Positions 1 to 10,632 are shown, numbered from the stretch's first letter. The stretch is 64,000 nucleotides of DNA from Verrucomicrobiia bacterium (GCA_963664225.1 OY760937.1:1376001-1440000), one strand, 5' to 3'. Translations and numbers: made by a program. The notes: generated by a model not told the origin, from the sequence alone.

Positions 1-48
1 GCCGATGAGACTCAATTGGTGCAGACGAACAAAGAATATCGCAATTTC

Positions 49-444
49 ATGAAAAAACATGCACTGGCCGTTTTTCGGCAGCCTCCCGAACACCTCAACT
101 GCGCACAGTCCGTTCTCCATGCCTGGCGCGAAAGTTCTGGAGACACTTCCATAGCTCTCGCCGATCTGAAATCCTTCGGTGGTGGCCGTGCGCCGGAAGG
201 CCTCTGTGGCGCGTTGCACGCGGCTTGCACCGTGGCCCCCGCAAAAGCTGAAGAGTTGAAAGCGCACTTTGCCGCCCGCCTGGGTTCGCTTTACTGCAAG
301 GAACTGCGCGAGGCCGGTCAACATCCTTGCGCGGATTGCGTTGCCCAGGCTGCGGAACTGCTCGAATTCAGGACGGAGATGGATCGGTCTGAGAAGGGTA
401 GCCGCTTTAATGCAGAAAGCTCTAAACCACTCACCAATCCATGA
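49..444 (+). CDS. C-GCAxxG-C-C family putative redox-active protein
   Basis: Motifs NCAQSV, FGGG...GLCGAL, GSLYCKEL, CADCV; ATG at 49 preferred over 16. Confidence 0.75.
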   Translation: MKKHALAVFRQPPEHLNCAQSVLHAWRESSGDTSIALADLKSFGGGRAPEGLCGALHAACTVAPAKAEELKAHFAARLGSLYCKELREAGQHPCADCVAQAAELLEFRTEMDRSEKGSRFNAESSKPLTNP

Positions 445-681
445 ACTTGGTCATAATTGGCACCGATGACAATCCGGCCCGCAATGAGATGCCCATCGCA
501 GAGGATTCTCTAAACTATAGTGCACACCGAGGCATCTTTAATCCAATAGCCGAAAATCACGGTAAAGATCAAAAGCTTCATATGTATGGGATGGAGGTGC
601 TCAATGTTTGGAACTAGGTGTTGCTCGCCACGGGACAGTTTTAGTGATTAATGCCCCATACCTTTGAAGGGTTGTTAAACC

Positions 682-1437
682 ATGCTCCATAAAAAGTCCA
701 AATCCATAACATTAAAGACTCACAAATTGAAACCTTTGCCCATCCAGACTGCATATGGCAATGAAGTCCTCGCCAATCATCGGTCATTGATGGAGCGCGA
801 TGCCTTGATAAAAGAGTTTGGTTACGATTTTCCAGCAGGGATACAATTTGTGCTGGATCAGGCACTGCCTCTGGGCACTTCCGTGCTTGAAATCGGCACT
901 GGAAAAGGCCGGTTTATGGTGGCACTGGCTCCCTGCGTCAAAGCCATAACCACCGTGGACATTTCCTTAGAAGAGCAGCACTGCGCGCGACTAAACGCCC
1001 GGCACGCCTGCGTTAAAACCAAAATCGAATATGTTCTTCAAGACGCCGCGCGCCTGCCCTGGCCGGACCAGAAATTCGACGCGGTGGCGACGATGAACGC
1101 CATGCATCACATTCCTCATTTTAATCAGGTCCTCGTAGAAATGCTGCGGGTTGTTAAACCTGACGGAAAAATTGTTCTCGCCGATTTCAGTCCGCGCGGG
1201 TTCCAAATCATGGCACGGTTTAACCGTTCAGAAGGCAAAACGCACGAACGCCACCTTCACAATTTCCGCGACATCCAAAAACTTCTGCGTGATCGGGGTT
1301 GGGCCACACGGCTGCGCAAAGGTTGCCTTCAAGAAGTCCTGATCGCGTGGCGAAACGGCGTCGCATCAAATTCAAATCACAGTCGGGATAAGAATCGAAA
1401 CGCTTACAACAAACCGTCGACTAATGAAAAAGGATGA
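682..1437 (+). CDS. Class I SAM-dependent methyltransferase
   Basis: VLEIGTGKG motif I, VDIS, DAARLPW, EMLRVVKPDGKIVLADF; start uncertain. Confidence 0.8.
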   Translation: MLHKKSKSITLKTHKLKPLPIQTAYGNEVLANHRSLMERDALIKEFGYDFPAGIQFVLDQALPLGTSVLEIGTGKGRFMVALAPCVKAITTVDISLEEQHCARLNARHACVKTKIEYVLQDAARLPWPDQKFDAVATMNAMHHIPHFNQVLVEMLRVVKPDGKIVLADFSPRGFQIMARFNRSEGKTHERHLHNFRDIQKLLRDRGWATRLRKGCLQEVLIAWRNGVASNSNHSRDKNRNAYNKPSTNEKG

Positions 1438-1684
1438 CATCATGACAAAACAAAATGCATTAAAGCAACAAACGGCCGCCACAGAGGCCGCTCATGTTCC
1501 GGAAGCTCTTGCGATAAACATTGCCCCGCCCGGAGTCTTTACTTATTTATTATAAAGCACGTACATGGGGCGCAAGAGAGCCGGAGGGCTTGGAGAGTAT
1601 CCAGAAGATTTCGCCTGCGCCATCGGCATTCGATATAATGAAATCCGAATTGACAGAATATGTAAGTGGTCTAACCTGTAACTT

Positions 1685-3103
1685 GTGATCGCTTTCTTGA
1701 AATCTTCCTGCTCGATGGCCCTTTGGTTTTGCGCCTGCATGGCCTTCTCGTCGCCTGCCGTGCGCGCCGCAGATACCCTGGCTCCGGCGGTGGCCACCAA
1801 TGCGCCCTCGTGGCTGGCCAAGCCCCTTTCCATTGAGGAATGTCTCAACCTGGCCCTTACCCAAAACGGCGCCATCCTCAAATCCCAGAAGGACCTCGAA
1901 GCCGCCTATGGCATCGTCGTCCAGACCCGTGCCATCGCCATTCCCAAGGTGCGCGCCCAGAGCCAGTATAAAATCATCGATCAGGATTCGATCGATAAGT
2001 TTCCGTTCTCTGGAGTGGGCGGTTTCAATATCGAGTATCCTGACCAAAGCTGGAACGCCAACGTTGCCTTGTCTCAATCCATCTACGAGGGCGGGCGCAT
2101 CAATTCGGCAATGCGCTCTGCCAGACTCACCCGGGACCAGGCCCTGTTCAGCCATCAGGCCATCATTGCCGACAACCTGCTCGAGGTGCGCGTGGCTTAC
2201 GCGGACGTCCTTCTGGCAGCCCAACTGATCACGGTGCAAGAGGCCTCGGTTAAGCTCCTGACCAGCGAATTGGAGGACACCAAGCGGCGTTTTGAGGCCG
2301 GAACCGTTCCCCGATTCAATGTCCTGCGGGCTGAAGTCGAAGTGGCCAACGCGCGTCCCCGCCTCATCAAGGCCCGCAACTCGTTTCGTGTTGCGAAAAG
2401 CAACCTGGCCAACCTGCTCGGTTACAACATCCCCAAAGAAATCTGGCAGGACATCCCCCTCCAACTGACAGCCACTCTGGAGGACATGGCTGTGCCTTAC
2501 GACATCGACCTGCCCTCGGCGCTCAGCCAGGCCGTCGAACGCCGCCCTGAACTGGGAGCATTGAAGAAAACCATCGGATTGCGCCAGGAAGGACTCGTTT
2601 CCGCCAAAGCCGGTTACAAACCCAGCGTCCAATTGACCGGCGGTTACGGCTCCCGCAGTTCAAGCTTCAGCAGCGACCTCACGCACGACGTCTCCGGCTG
2701 GTTTGCGGGCGCGCAGGCATCCTGGGATATTTTCGACGGCTTTCTCACAAAGGGCAAAGTGGATGAAGCCAGGGCACGGTTTCAAAAATCCCAGGTGGAC
2801 TTGGACGACACCACGCGCCGCGTCGAGCTCGAAGTCCGCACCACCTATTCGAATTTCATCGAGGCCCGGGAGGTCCTTGATTCCCAGAAAAAAGTCCAGG
2901 AGCAAGCCGAGGAAGCCCTGCGCCTGGCCACCGCACGCAGCGAAGCCGGAACAGGCACCCAATTGGACGTCCTAAGCGCCCAGACCTCGCTCACCGAGGC
3001 CAGAACCACTCAAATCCAGGCCCTGCATGATTATTCTGCGGCCCGATCCCGGTTGGAACGGGCCATCGGTCAGAGCTGTTCGGTCAATACCGCCGCCAAA
3101 TAA
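1685..3103 (+). CDS. TolC-family outer membrane efflux protein
   Basis: Signal peptide; two OEP repeats (RFEAGTVPRFNVLRAEV; RSEAGTGTQLDVLSAQ...YSAARSRLERAIG). Confidence 0.9.
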   Translation: MIAFLKSSCSMALWFCACMAFSSPAVRAADTLAPAVATNAPSWLAKPLSIEECLNLALTQNGAILKSQKDLEAAYGIVVQTRAIAIPKVRAQSQYKIIDQDSIDKFPFSGVGGFNIEYPDQSWNANVALSQSIYEGGRINSAMRSARLTRDQALFSHQAIIADNLLEVRVAYADVLLAAQLITVQEASVKLLTSELEDTKRRFEAGTVPRFNVLRAEVEVANARPRLIKARNSFRVAKSNLANLLGYNIPKEIWQDIPLQLTATLEDMAVPYDIDLPSALSQAVERRPELGALKKTIGLRQEGLVSAKAGYKPSVQLTGGYGSRSSSFSSDLTHDVSGWFAGAQASWDIFDGFLTKGKVDEARARFQKSQVDLDDTTRRVELEVRTTYSNFIEAREVLDSQKKVQEQAEEALRLATARSEAGTGTQLDVLSAQTSLTEARTTQIQALHDYSAARSRLERAIGQSCSVNTAAK

Positions 3104-3209
3104 GCCGATGTGTTCCCAATGTGTGCGTTTTTCGCAAGACGGGGCAATTTATTTGTAACCTTTCACGATTTCGTGGCTCGATGAGTTCTAGGTGCAAAAC
3201 TTAAAATCT

Positions 3210-3788
3210 ATGAACATAACTGACTGCGCTTCCGGCTCCTGCCGTTGCGGTGGAGGGCGTCAATCAATGAAGGGGCGTTGGAATCCCTATCTTGTCGGCA
3301 TTGGCATCGGCATCCTGAGTTGGCTGGCCTTTGCTGTTGTAGACGAACCGATTGGTATATCCACATCGCTCTCGGCTGTGTCCGGGCTTTGTGCCACCCC
3401 AATAATGGGCGGCGAAGCAGTGGCGAATAACGCTTACTGGGCCAAACTCCCATTTAAATGGAATGGCGGCATGTTGTTTCTTGTCGGCACGTTTCTCGGC
3501 AGTTTATTGAGCGTTCTGGCCAGCGGCACATTTCGGCTGGAGAAAGTCCCGGCGACGTGGTCGGAATACTTTGGCGGTTCGACTGGCAAGCGCATGTTCG
3601 CCGCCTTTCTCGGCGGTGTGATTATTATGTATGGAGCGCGCATGGCGGGTGGTTGCACCAGCGGACATGGCATCAGCGGTTCATTGCAATTGGCGCTGAG
3701 CAGTTGGGTGTTTTTTCTGACGATGTTCGTTTTCGGAATCGGAACTGCACTCATCCTCTTTCGAAAAACGTCGAACCAACCCCGATGA
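3210..3788 (+). CDS. YeeE/YedE-family sulfur-compound transporter, first half
   Basis: WNPY, PIGIST, YGARMAGGCTSGHGISG motif; hydrophobic; start could be 3192, 3210 or 3267. Confidence 0.85.
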   Translation: MNITDCASGSCRCGGGRQSMKGRWNPYLVGIGIGILSWLAFAVVDEPIGISTSLSAVSGLCATPIMGGEAVANNAYWAKLPFKWNGGMLFLVGTFLGSLLSVLASGTFRLEKVPATWSEYFGGSTGKRMFAAFLGGVIIMYGARMAGGCTSGHGISGSLQLALSSWVFFLTMFVFGIGTALILFRKTSNQPR

Positions 3789-3813
3789 TTTCAATTCTTA
3801 ACTTTTCAACACC

Positions 3814-4374
3814 ATGAATTTTCCTGTTTCTGCTGAAACGGCCCGTTGGCTGGCAATTCCGATGGGCATCCTTTTTGGGGTGCTTCTGCATCGCGGGGGC
3901 GTGTCGAACTATAACGTGATTGTTAATCAGTTCCGGTTCAAAGACTTCACCGTCCTTAAGGTTATGTTTACCGCCATCATTGTGGGTGGTATCGGCGTGC
4001 TCCTCCTGCATGGCGCTGGTCATGCCCTGTACCACATTAAGCCTGCGAATATGCTGGGCGTGGTCTTGGGTGCGGCCCTTTTTGGTGCGGGCATGGTGCT
4101 ATACGGATATTGTCCCGGCACGGGCATTGCCGCCATTGCCACGGGTAGCCTGCACGCCCTGGTCGGTTTCGTCGGCATGCTCCTGGGCGGAGCGCTCTAT
4201 GCGCTAAGTTTCTCCTGGGTTGCCAAACATATTCAGACCGTCGCGGCGCTGGGATCGGTTCGCCTTCCCGACATCACCGGCGTGCCCGACTGGGGCTGGT
4301 TCGGGATACTCATTGCGATCGCCAGCGTGATATTCTGGATTTTGGAAACAAAAGTTAAACCGGTCTCCGATTAG
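3814..4374 (+). CDS. YeeE/YedE-family transporter, second half
   Basis: GILFGVLL, FKDFTVLKVMFTAI, FGAGMVLYGYCPGT motif. Confidence 0.85.
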   Translation: MNFPVSAETARWLAIPMGILFGVLLHRGGVSNYNVIVNQFRFKDFTVLKVMFTAIIVGGIGVLLLHGAGHALYHIKPANMLGVVLGAALFGAGMVLYGYCPGTGIAAIATGSLHALVGFVGMLLGGALYALSFSWVAKHIQTVAALGSVRLPDITGVPDWGWFGILIAIASVIFWILETKVKPVSD

Positions 4375-4818
4375 TGGACGAAATTGCTTCAGCAATCTAT
4401 GCCTTGTCCAATGGCAGTCATGAACGAAATAGCTGTGCGTTCGTAACATGCCTGGATAAGGGCCAATTACGACTGATGTTGATACAGAGAATTGCTCCGA
4501 CTCCGTTTGTCCAAGCAAACCCAGTTGCATTTGTACCCATGAGGAGCGTCAGGCATTATGAGTGTCGTTACATGTGACCGAGGGGACATGGCGGATTTGA
4601 CTGGGGTGCCGCATTCGTCTGGCCATGCGCAACTCGGGATGTTCAACCAGTAGTTTGCCGATTGTCTCCATTAGTTATTCAAAATCGAGCGGATTTTTCC
4701 ATCGGGGCACCCATCCCTGCGGCCGCCGGTGCAAACGATTTACTCTAAATCTCATCGTGTCTCGTTAGGAAATCACCGAGGATGTTCATGCAAGGCACTA
4801 CTCCCTGTGCAGAGCTTC

Positions 4819-5022
4819 TTAACGTGTGGCGTCATTGGCAGCACCCGTAGTATTAGTGCTTGCAGGCATATTTGTTGTTCCGTCCTTCATGCCGTCGGCG
4901 TGGTTCATACTTGAATTGGTGGATGGCGTCTCGGTTGAATTGCTTGGGCTGTTTTGGTTGCAGCCCACCAGCGCCAATGCCGCCATTAGGGAGATTGCTA
5001 CAAGTGGAATACTCGATTTCAT
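4819..5022 (-). CDS. Small low-complexity lipoprotein
   Basis: Signal peptide with lipobox LVGC, then S/T/N-rich tail. Confidence 0.65.
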   Translation of the reverse strand: MKSSIPLVAISLMAALALVGCNQNSPSNSTETPSTNSSMNHADGMKDGTTNMPASTNTTGAANDATR

Positions 5023-5102
5023 AAATTCATTATTCGTTTTTGTGCTCCTGATTATTCCCGCCAGCGTGATCGTAAAAGGCCTGGCGGCGATTGGGTTTAC
5101 CT

Positions 5103-5148
5103 ATGTTGCGGCATGCCCCAATATTTCGCTATGGGGTATAACCCGCAC
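5103..5148 (-). promoter_or_regulatory. Bipartite upstream motif, copy 1 (GTGCGGGTTATACCCCATAGC-N18-GCAACAT on minus strand)
   Basis: Near-identical to 11064-11108 with the same 18-nt spacer and similar distance to the downstream ATG. Confidence 0.55.
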
Positions 5149-5201
5149 GTCAGATCGTGTCGTTTTCGCGACCGTGAAGTTCTTGAGAAATGATTTATAT
5201 T

Positions 5202-7904
5202 TCAGGTGTTGGTTTTTGGCTTTGCATCGTTTTTGGCAGCGTCTTTTCGGATTTCCCGCTCAGCCTCCTCCCAGTCCTGAACTGCTGAACTGTCCTTGCG
5301 GCCTCGATCCTCGTAGAGTTCATAGGCTCGCTTGGCGATTTGTGATTTCAAATCTGACGGCATAATGGCTTTGGCCTCAGGTTTAGACTGCTCCTTCGCT
5401 TTAGGCTGAAGATCCTCGTTGGTTTCGGTTTTTTTGGCCGCGACATTTAGAACACGCCATTTGATCATCGCGACTTTCACGACGTCGTTGATGACCAGAC
5501 ACGAAACCATTGCATAGACGAAAATCGCGAGCATCTGCAACCAAGGCAATGGCATGAGTCCCGGAAGCCCAACGCGCGTCAGGGCTGTTCCCGTGAGCGC
5601 ATCCACCGCGATCGCCGACAGAAAGGTCTTGCTGGGCAGCGTCGCCCAAAACCAGTGGCGTTCCCGCGCGGACACGACAGAGAATATGGCAAAGTAGAGC
5701 AGCATCAGGAAGCTGAAGGTGTAGAGGGCGTTGTTGTTGTTTGCCAGGCCGAAATGCGACCATGAGAACCACAAAAGGAGCAGCGTCTCAGCCACCATCG
5801 CGATACCTAACACCACAGACACCGTGATGAAACCTCCGATGTTCCATGTTTCCGGTTTCTTGGATGGCCGGACATTGTCGGTAGCCAGGGAGATTTTTGC
5901 AAAGTCCGTCATGAAGACCAGCAGTAGCATCGCAAAAGCTGAGACGACGAACTTGCCGGTGACAACGAACGCGATGGCTACGAATGCTGCCTTCAAAATG
6001 GTCCGGCTGATCTTGTTGATGATCCACGTCAGAATGCGCTGGTAAATTGTCCGGCCCTGCTCGACCAATGCCACGATGTTCGTCAATCCTGCTTCGGTTA
6101 GGACGACGCTTGCCGCACCCTTGGCCACGTCGGTCGCGGAGCTAACGGCGATGCCTACTTCAGCCTGACGGAGCGCGGGTGCGTCATTGACCCCGTCGCC
6201 TGTCATCCCTGTAACATGTCCCGCAATTTGCAAATGTTTTACGACCGTATATTTGTCTTCTGGAAACACCTCTGCGAAACCATCGGCGCCCGCGAACAAA
6301 TCAACCGCCTGGTCGCCAGTCTTCAGGTCGGCCATTGGCCGTATGTTTGGCAACCCGACTCCCTGGCCGATTTCACGTGCGACTGCCAGCGCGTCGCCGG
6401 TGAGCATCTTTACTGGAACGCCGAGGTCATGAAGTGTGGCGATGAGTTGCCTGGCGTCCGGTCGTGGCGGATCATATAACGACACGAGTCCAACCAAGGC
6501 TATGGAACCTGACTCGGGACCGAGCGCTACCGCCAGCGTTCGATAACCCTTCGCGGCGGATTCACTGACACGAGCCTCCAGTGCTTCGATTGCCGGGGGC
6601 TGGAGTCCGCAGGCTTCCGCGATGGTGCGCACGGCACCTTTCATCACGTGCAACCGCTGCCCGTTCTGCTCAACCACGGCTTCCGTTCGCCGGTTTTTCG
6701 CATCAAAAGGCGCGAACGAGACAGGCGTAACCTTGGGAAGGTTGTCGAAAACGTGCCGCTCCTTTGCTGCGGTGAGAAACGCGTGGTCAATTGGATCCTG
6801 ATCGGCTTCCTGCGACGCGAGTGCGCCAGCGAATAGCACGTCAGCTTCGGTCGCATGCTCCAGCGGAATCACGCCAGTGACAGCCAATTGGTTCATCGTG
6901 ATCGTGCCTGTTTTATCGACGCAGAGGACATCCATGGTTGCGGCATCCTCCGCAGCGCTGAGGCGTGTGACGAGAACACCCCGCTTGGCCAGTTCCTTCG
7001 AACCGACAGCCATGCTGACCGTGAACATGACTGGTAGGGCGACCGGCACTGCGCTCATCAGTAGAACTAGAATTAGCGAAACCATCTCCAGAAGCGGCGA
7101 GCCGCGAATTAGTGACAGCACAACGACCATGCAAAGCAACGCACCTACGATGACAAAGAGCCAGCGGACGACTTTCGCCACCACCGCTTCAATATGAAGC
7201 TTTGGACGCGCTTCCTGCACCAACTGCGTGGTGCGGCCGAAGTAGGTCTTCGCGCCGGTCAGCATGACTACGCCGTTACCTTCGCCCCGGCGCACGACGG
7301 ATCCCGACGAAAGCACTTCGCCCGGCTTCTTATCTGCGTCTTTCGATTCGCCAGTGAGGGCCGATTGGTCAACGCTCAACGAACCCGTGAGAAGTTTAAC
7401 GTCGGCTGGAATGATGTCACCGGGACGCACGCGGAGGATGTCGCCGGGAACCAACTCCCGTGCGGGAATGACTTGCCAGATCGATTCGCGCCGAACCCGC
7501 GCATTAACCTGCAACCGTTTCCGGAGCGTCTCAACGACCCCAGCGGCCCGGTTCTCCTGCATAAAACTCAACACGGCGTTGATTACCAGCAGTGCGCCTA
7601 CCACAATGAGGTCCGAATATTTTCCGAGAACAGCAGATAGAACCATGATTAGTTCGAGCATCCACGCCGAGATACCCCAAAACTTTTTTAGGAATTTGAG
7701 AACGGGATGGCTTTTCTTTTCGCTCACTTCGTTGTAGCCGTCCTTTTTTCGACGGGTTTCCACCTCACCAAGTGAAAGCCCGGTGTCGGGATTAACTTTA
7801 AGCGACGCGAGCGTGTCGGGAACCGACGCAGAGGCAATGTCCGGGGGCTTGCTGTCGGCTGGCTTCGAGGATGCCTGCCCCATTTCAGGCTTATTTGTGG
7901 TCAT
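5202..7904 (-). CDS. P-type (P3A-like) proton-efflux ATPase with C-terminal DUF2934-like domain
   Basis: TGES, PVALP, DKTGT phosphorylation site, MTGDGVNDAPAL; tail IAKRAYELYEDRGR...DWEEAEREI. Confidence 0.9.
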   Translation of the reverse strand: MTTNKPEMGQASSKPADSKPPDIASASVPDTLASLKVNPDTGLSLGEVETRRKKDGYNEVSEKKSHPVLKFLKKFWGISAWMLELIMVLSAVLGKYSDLIVVGALLVINAVLSFMQENRAAGVVETLRKRLQVNARVRRESIWQVIPARELVPGDILRVRPGDIIPADVKLLTGSLSVDQSALTGESKDADKKPGEVLSSGSVVRRGEGNGVVMLTGAKTYFGRTTQLVQEARPKLHIEAVVAKVVRWLFVIVGALLCMVVVLSLIRGSPLLEMVSLILVLLMSAVPVALPVMFTVSMAVGSKELAKRGVLVTRLSAAEDAATMDVLCVDKTGTITMNQLAVTGVIPLEHATEADVLFAGALASQEADQDPIDHAFLTAAKERHVFDNLPKVTPVSFAPFDAKNRRTEAVVEQNGQRLHVMKGAVRTIAEACGLQPPAIEALEARVSESAAKGYRTLAVALGPESGSIALVGLVSLYDPPRPDARQLIATLHDLGVPVKMLTGDALAVAREIGQGVGLPNIRPMADLKTGDQAVDLFAGADGFAEVFPEDKYTVVKHLQIAGHVTGMTGDGVNDAPALRQAEVGIAVSSATDVAKGAASVVLTEAGLTNIVALVEQGRTIYQRILTWIINKISRTILKAAFVAIAFVVTGKFVVSAFAMLLLVFMTDFAKISLATDNVRPSKKPETWNIGGFITVSVVLGIAMVAETLLLLWFSWSHFGLANNNNALYTFSFLMLLYFAIFSVVSARERHWFWATLPSKTFLSAIAVDALTGTALTRVGLPGLMPLPWLQMLAIFVYAMVSCLVINDVVKVAMIKWRVLNVAAKKTETNEDLQPKAKEQSKPEAKAIMPSDLKSQIAKRAYELYEDRGRKDSSAVQDWEEAEREIRKDAAKNDAKPKTNT

Positions 7905-7917
7905 TGTTCCTGGGTGT

Positions 7918-9870
7918 TTAATTTACGGCAATATCCACAAACGGCGGGATTGGGCAATCCAGCGTTTCGGCGATTGCTCGGAGCAATTCGGCTTCACTTT
8001 CCTGGATCAAACCATCAGCGCCGACGACATGCACGCAGGCTTCAATGAGATTCTTTTTGATCTGCGGCACGGCCAGTGCCAGGCGATCGAGAGCGGCATC
8101 GAGTTGTTCCAATCCACATGCTTCGAGGGGTAGGAGTTGGAGGCCATCCGCTTGTGCCCGCAGGTAGGGGGCGCCCGCCTGGAATGCCTTCTCAACAGTG
8201 TCAGCATTACTGCTGCTGAGGTTTCCCAGGGCGGAGAGCACGACGCTGCACGCCGGCAGGAGCGGTTTGAGCGTGTAGTATTGAATGGAGGCCGGATGGG
8301 TTTCACTCAACTGAGACGCGAGGTGACGGCGGACGATTTTCTGAAGTACGAATTCAAACAGTTCTACCCGGCCGTCGCTCTCAATGAGCCATTGCAGAGC
8401 CTGGTTGAACCGCTCAAACTCGTCAGGTCGAAGCAGGCGTAAGGCCGGCAGTGCAAGGTTTGCGAGGGGCAGACGCGCGCGCGAGGCGATGGACGAGATT
8501 TCAGGCCAGAGCGAGGCGGTTGTTTCGCCCACCTCCGGTGTGGCCCGCCTGGAAAGTTCGGTGAGTTGCTCGGCGCGTAGCGTGTCATCTGTGCTGAGAA
8601 GCATCGCGTAAAAAAGAGCTACGGCGTCGAGCGGTTCGCGTGCGGCGGATTGGATCTTTTCCGAGAATGAATTCCGCAATTCCACGGCATAGCGCAAGTG
8701 CAGAGGTGTTGGTTTGCCCAGGTTTGGCATCACAGTTGCCACTTGAATGGTGTTGGCAGAGAGGTCATTGGCTCCTGCCTGCGCACTCGGCATCCCGGGA
8801 ATCGGAGGGAACGGAAATTGGGACAATGGCGACTTTGACGGTCCTCGCGAAGATTCCGCTTCGCCCGCATTGAGGCTGATCCGCTTGAATTTCCCGTCCC
8901 AGGCCGGATCAATGGCGCGGATGCGCTCCTCGAGTGGCGGGTGGGTGGCCATCGAATTGAGGAACGATTTGCCCAAGGCGTTGCCGAAAAACATGTGGCT
9001 GGCTTCCCCGGCGTGAGCGGATTCGACCATGGATCCGGCGGCACCTATTTTTTGCAGCGCCCCTGAGAGCCCGTATGGATTGCGCGTGAACTGAACCGAG
9101 GAGGCATCAGCCAGAAATTCGCGTTGCCGACTTAGGGCAGCCTGAATGAGCCGGCCAAAGAATACGCCGATTGAGCCGATGACAATCAGGGCCAGCCCAA
9201 GGAGCATTAGAGGATTTTTGTCCTTGCCGCCCCGCGAATAGATCAATACCCGGCCGATCACCGCGAGGCAGAGGATGCCGAAGATGACTCCCATGAGCCG
9301 CAGATTCAGACGCATATCGCCATTGAGGATGTGACTGAACTCGTGGCCGATGACGCCCTGCAATTCATCCCGATTAAGCAAGGTCATGCAACCGCGTGTA
9401 ACGCCGATGGCGGCATCACCCGGCGCGTGGCCTGCCGCAAAGGCGTTGATGCCTTTTTCCTCGTCGAGGACATATATTTTGGGGACGGGCACACCGGAGG
9501 CAATGGCCATTTCCTCGATCACGTTCCGAAGTTTGCGCTCATCGGGATGGGTCGTGTTTGGATTGAGCAGGCGTCCGCCGAGCGATTCGGCGACAGCGCT
9601 GCCTCCCTCGGCCAAAGCGGCGATTTTATAGAGGCTGCCGACCGCTACAATGAAGAGAGTGCCTATCGTAACGTAAAGGAAAAGCATGGGATCCCACAAG
9701 ATGAGTTCCGGAAGAGTGCCGTCAGGCCTCTGTTTGGCGTGCGTGCCGTAAAAAATCAGCACGCTGGCGAAATAAATCGACACGATGATGCACGCGACGG
9801 CGATTATAAAATACGCCACCAGCACTCTTGTTTTCTTCCTGGCTTTGTCCTGATGTTCAAAAAAATCCAT
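7918..9870 (-). CDS. M48-family (HtpX-like) membrane zinc metallopeptidase with long C-terminal extension
   Basis: INAFAAG, HEFSH zinc motif, SRQREFLADA, THPPLEERI. Confidence 0.9.
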   Translation of the reverse strand: MDFFEHQDKARKKTRVLVAYFIIAVACIIVSIYFASVLIFYGTHAKQRPDGTLPELILWDPMLFLYVTIGTLFIVAVGSLYKIAALAEGGSAVAESLGGRLLNPNTTHPDERKLRNVIEEMAIASGVPVPKIYVLDEEKGINAFAAGHAPGDAAIGVTRGCMTLLNRDELQGVIGHEFSHILNGDMRLNLRLMGVIFGILCLAVIGRVLIYSRGGKDKNPLMLLGLALIVIGSIGVFFGRLIQAALSRQREFLADASSVQFTRNPYGLSGALQKIGAAGSMVESAHAGEASHMFFGNALGKSFLNSMATHPPLEERIRAIDPAWDGKFKRISLNAGEAESSRGPSKSPLSQFPFPPIPGMPSAQAGANDLSANTIQVATVMPNLGKPTPLHLRYAVELRNSFSEKIQSAAREPLDAVALFYAMLLSTDDTLRAEQLTELSRRATPEVGETTASLWPEISSIASRARLPLANLALPALRLLRPDEFERFNQALQWLIESDGRVELFEFVLQKIVRRHLASQLSETHPASIQYYTLKPLLPACSVVLSALGNLSSSNADTVEKAFQAGAPYLRAQADGLQLLPLEACGLEQLDAALDRLALAVPQIKKNLIEACVHVVGADGLIQESEAELLRAIAETLDCPIPPFVDIAVN

Positions 9871-9958
9871 GTTTATAGATCATTGCGTGGTTGAAGCGTT
9901 CAAACTGTCCCAGGTCCATTGATTCAATGGATCCATGGAAATATGGCGCCAGCCTGAT

Positions 9959-10561
9959 TCATGAGAATGAAATATTCGGCGCTTCCCTTTGCTCCGGCTT
10001 CTCGATGGCAAACAACTCAGCGGCGGTGAAGTGGAACGTGTTGGCGATGACGCTGCTGGGAAAAACTTCCCGCTGTGTGTTGTAGGCCATGACCGAGTCG
10101 TTATACGCCTGCCGGGTGAAGGAGACTTTATTTTCTGTCGAGGTCAGTTCCTCCATAAGGTTCAGCATTGTCGTATTCGCTTTTAGGTCGGGATACGCCT
10201 CGGAGAGCGCGAAAAGTCGACCGAGCGCACCTGTGAGCGCGCCTTCGGCGCTGCCGAGTTGCTTCATGGAGGCAGGATCGCCGGGATTGGCGGCGGCACC
10301 CGCATTTGCGGAAGACGCGGCGTTGCGCGCAACGATGACGGCTTCGAGTGTGCCGCGTTCGTGTTTGAGGTAACCTTTGGCGGTTTCGACCAGGTTCGGA
10401 ATCAGGTCGTATCGCCGCTTGAGCTGCACATCTATCTGGGCGTAGGCGTTTTTGAAACGATTGCGCAATCCGACGAGTTTATTGTAGATGCTGACAACGA
10501 AGAGCACCGCAAAAAGTGCCAGCGCAGCCAACACAATGACGACGATCACGATTGGATTCAT
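9959..10561 (-). CDS. lemA: LemA family protein
   Basis: N-terminal TM; IDVQLKRRYDLIPNLVETAKGY, EAYPDLKAN, TENKV. Confidence 0.95.
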   Translation of the reverse strand: MNPIVIVVIVLAALALFAVLFVVSIYNKLVGLRNRFKNAYAQIDVQLKRRYDLIPNLVETAKGYLKHERGTLEAVIVARNAASSANAGAAANPGDPASMKQLGSAEGALTGALGRLFALSEAYPDLKANTTMLNLMEELTSTENKVSFTRQAYNDSVMAYNTQREVFPSSVIANTFHFTAAELFAIEKPEQREAPNISFS

Positions 10562-10632
10562 AATAATACGTATTCTTTGGTTGATTTCTCGGTTGTCATT
10601 CTGTTGTTCTCACCAGTGGTCATTTAAAGCAG

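Noticed and set aside
682..1437. Arsenite methyltransferase arsM
   Set aside because: Could not identify the conserved ArsM Cys positions; kept as generic methyltransferase
1550..2632. 360-aa ORF opposite tolC
   Set aside because: Antisense shadow
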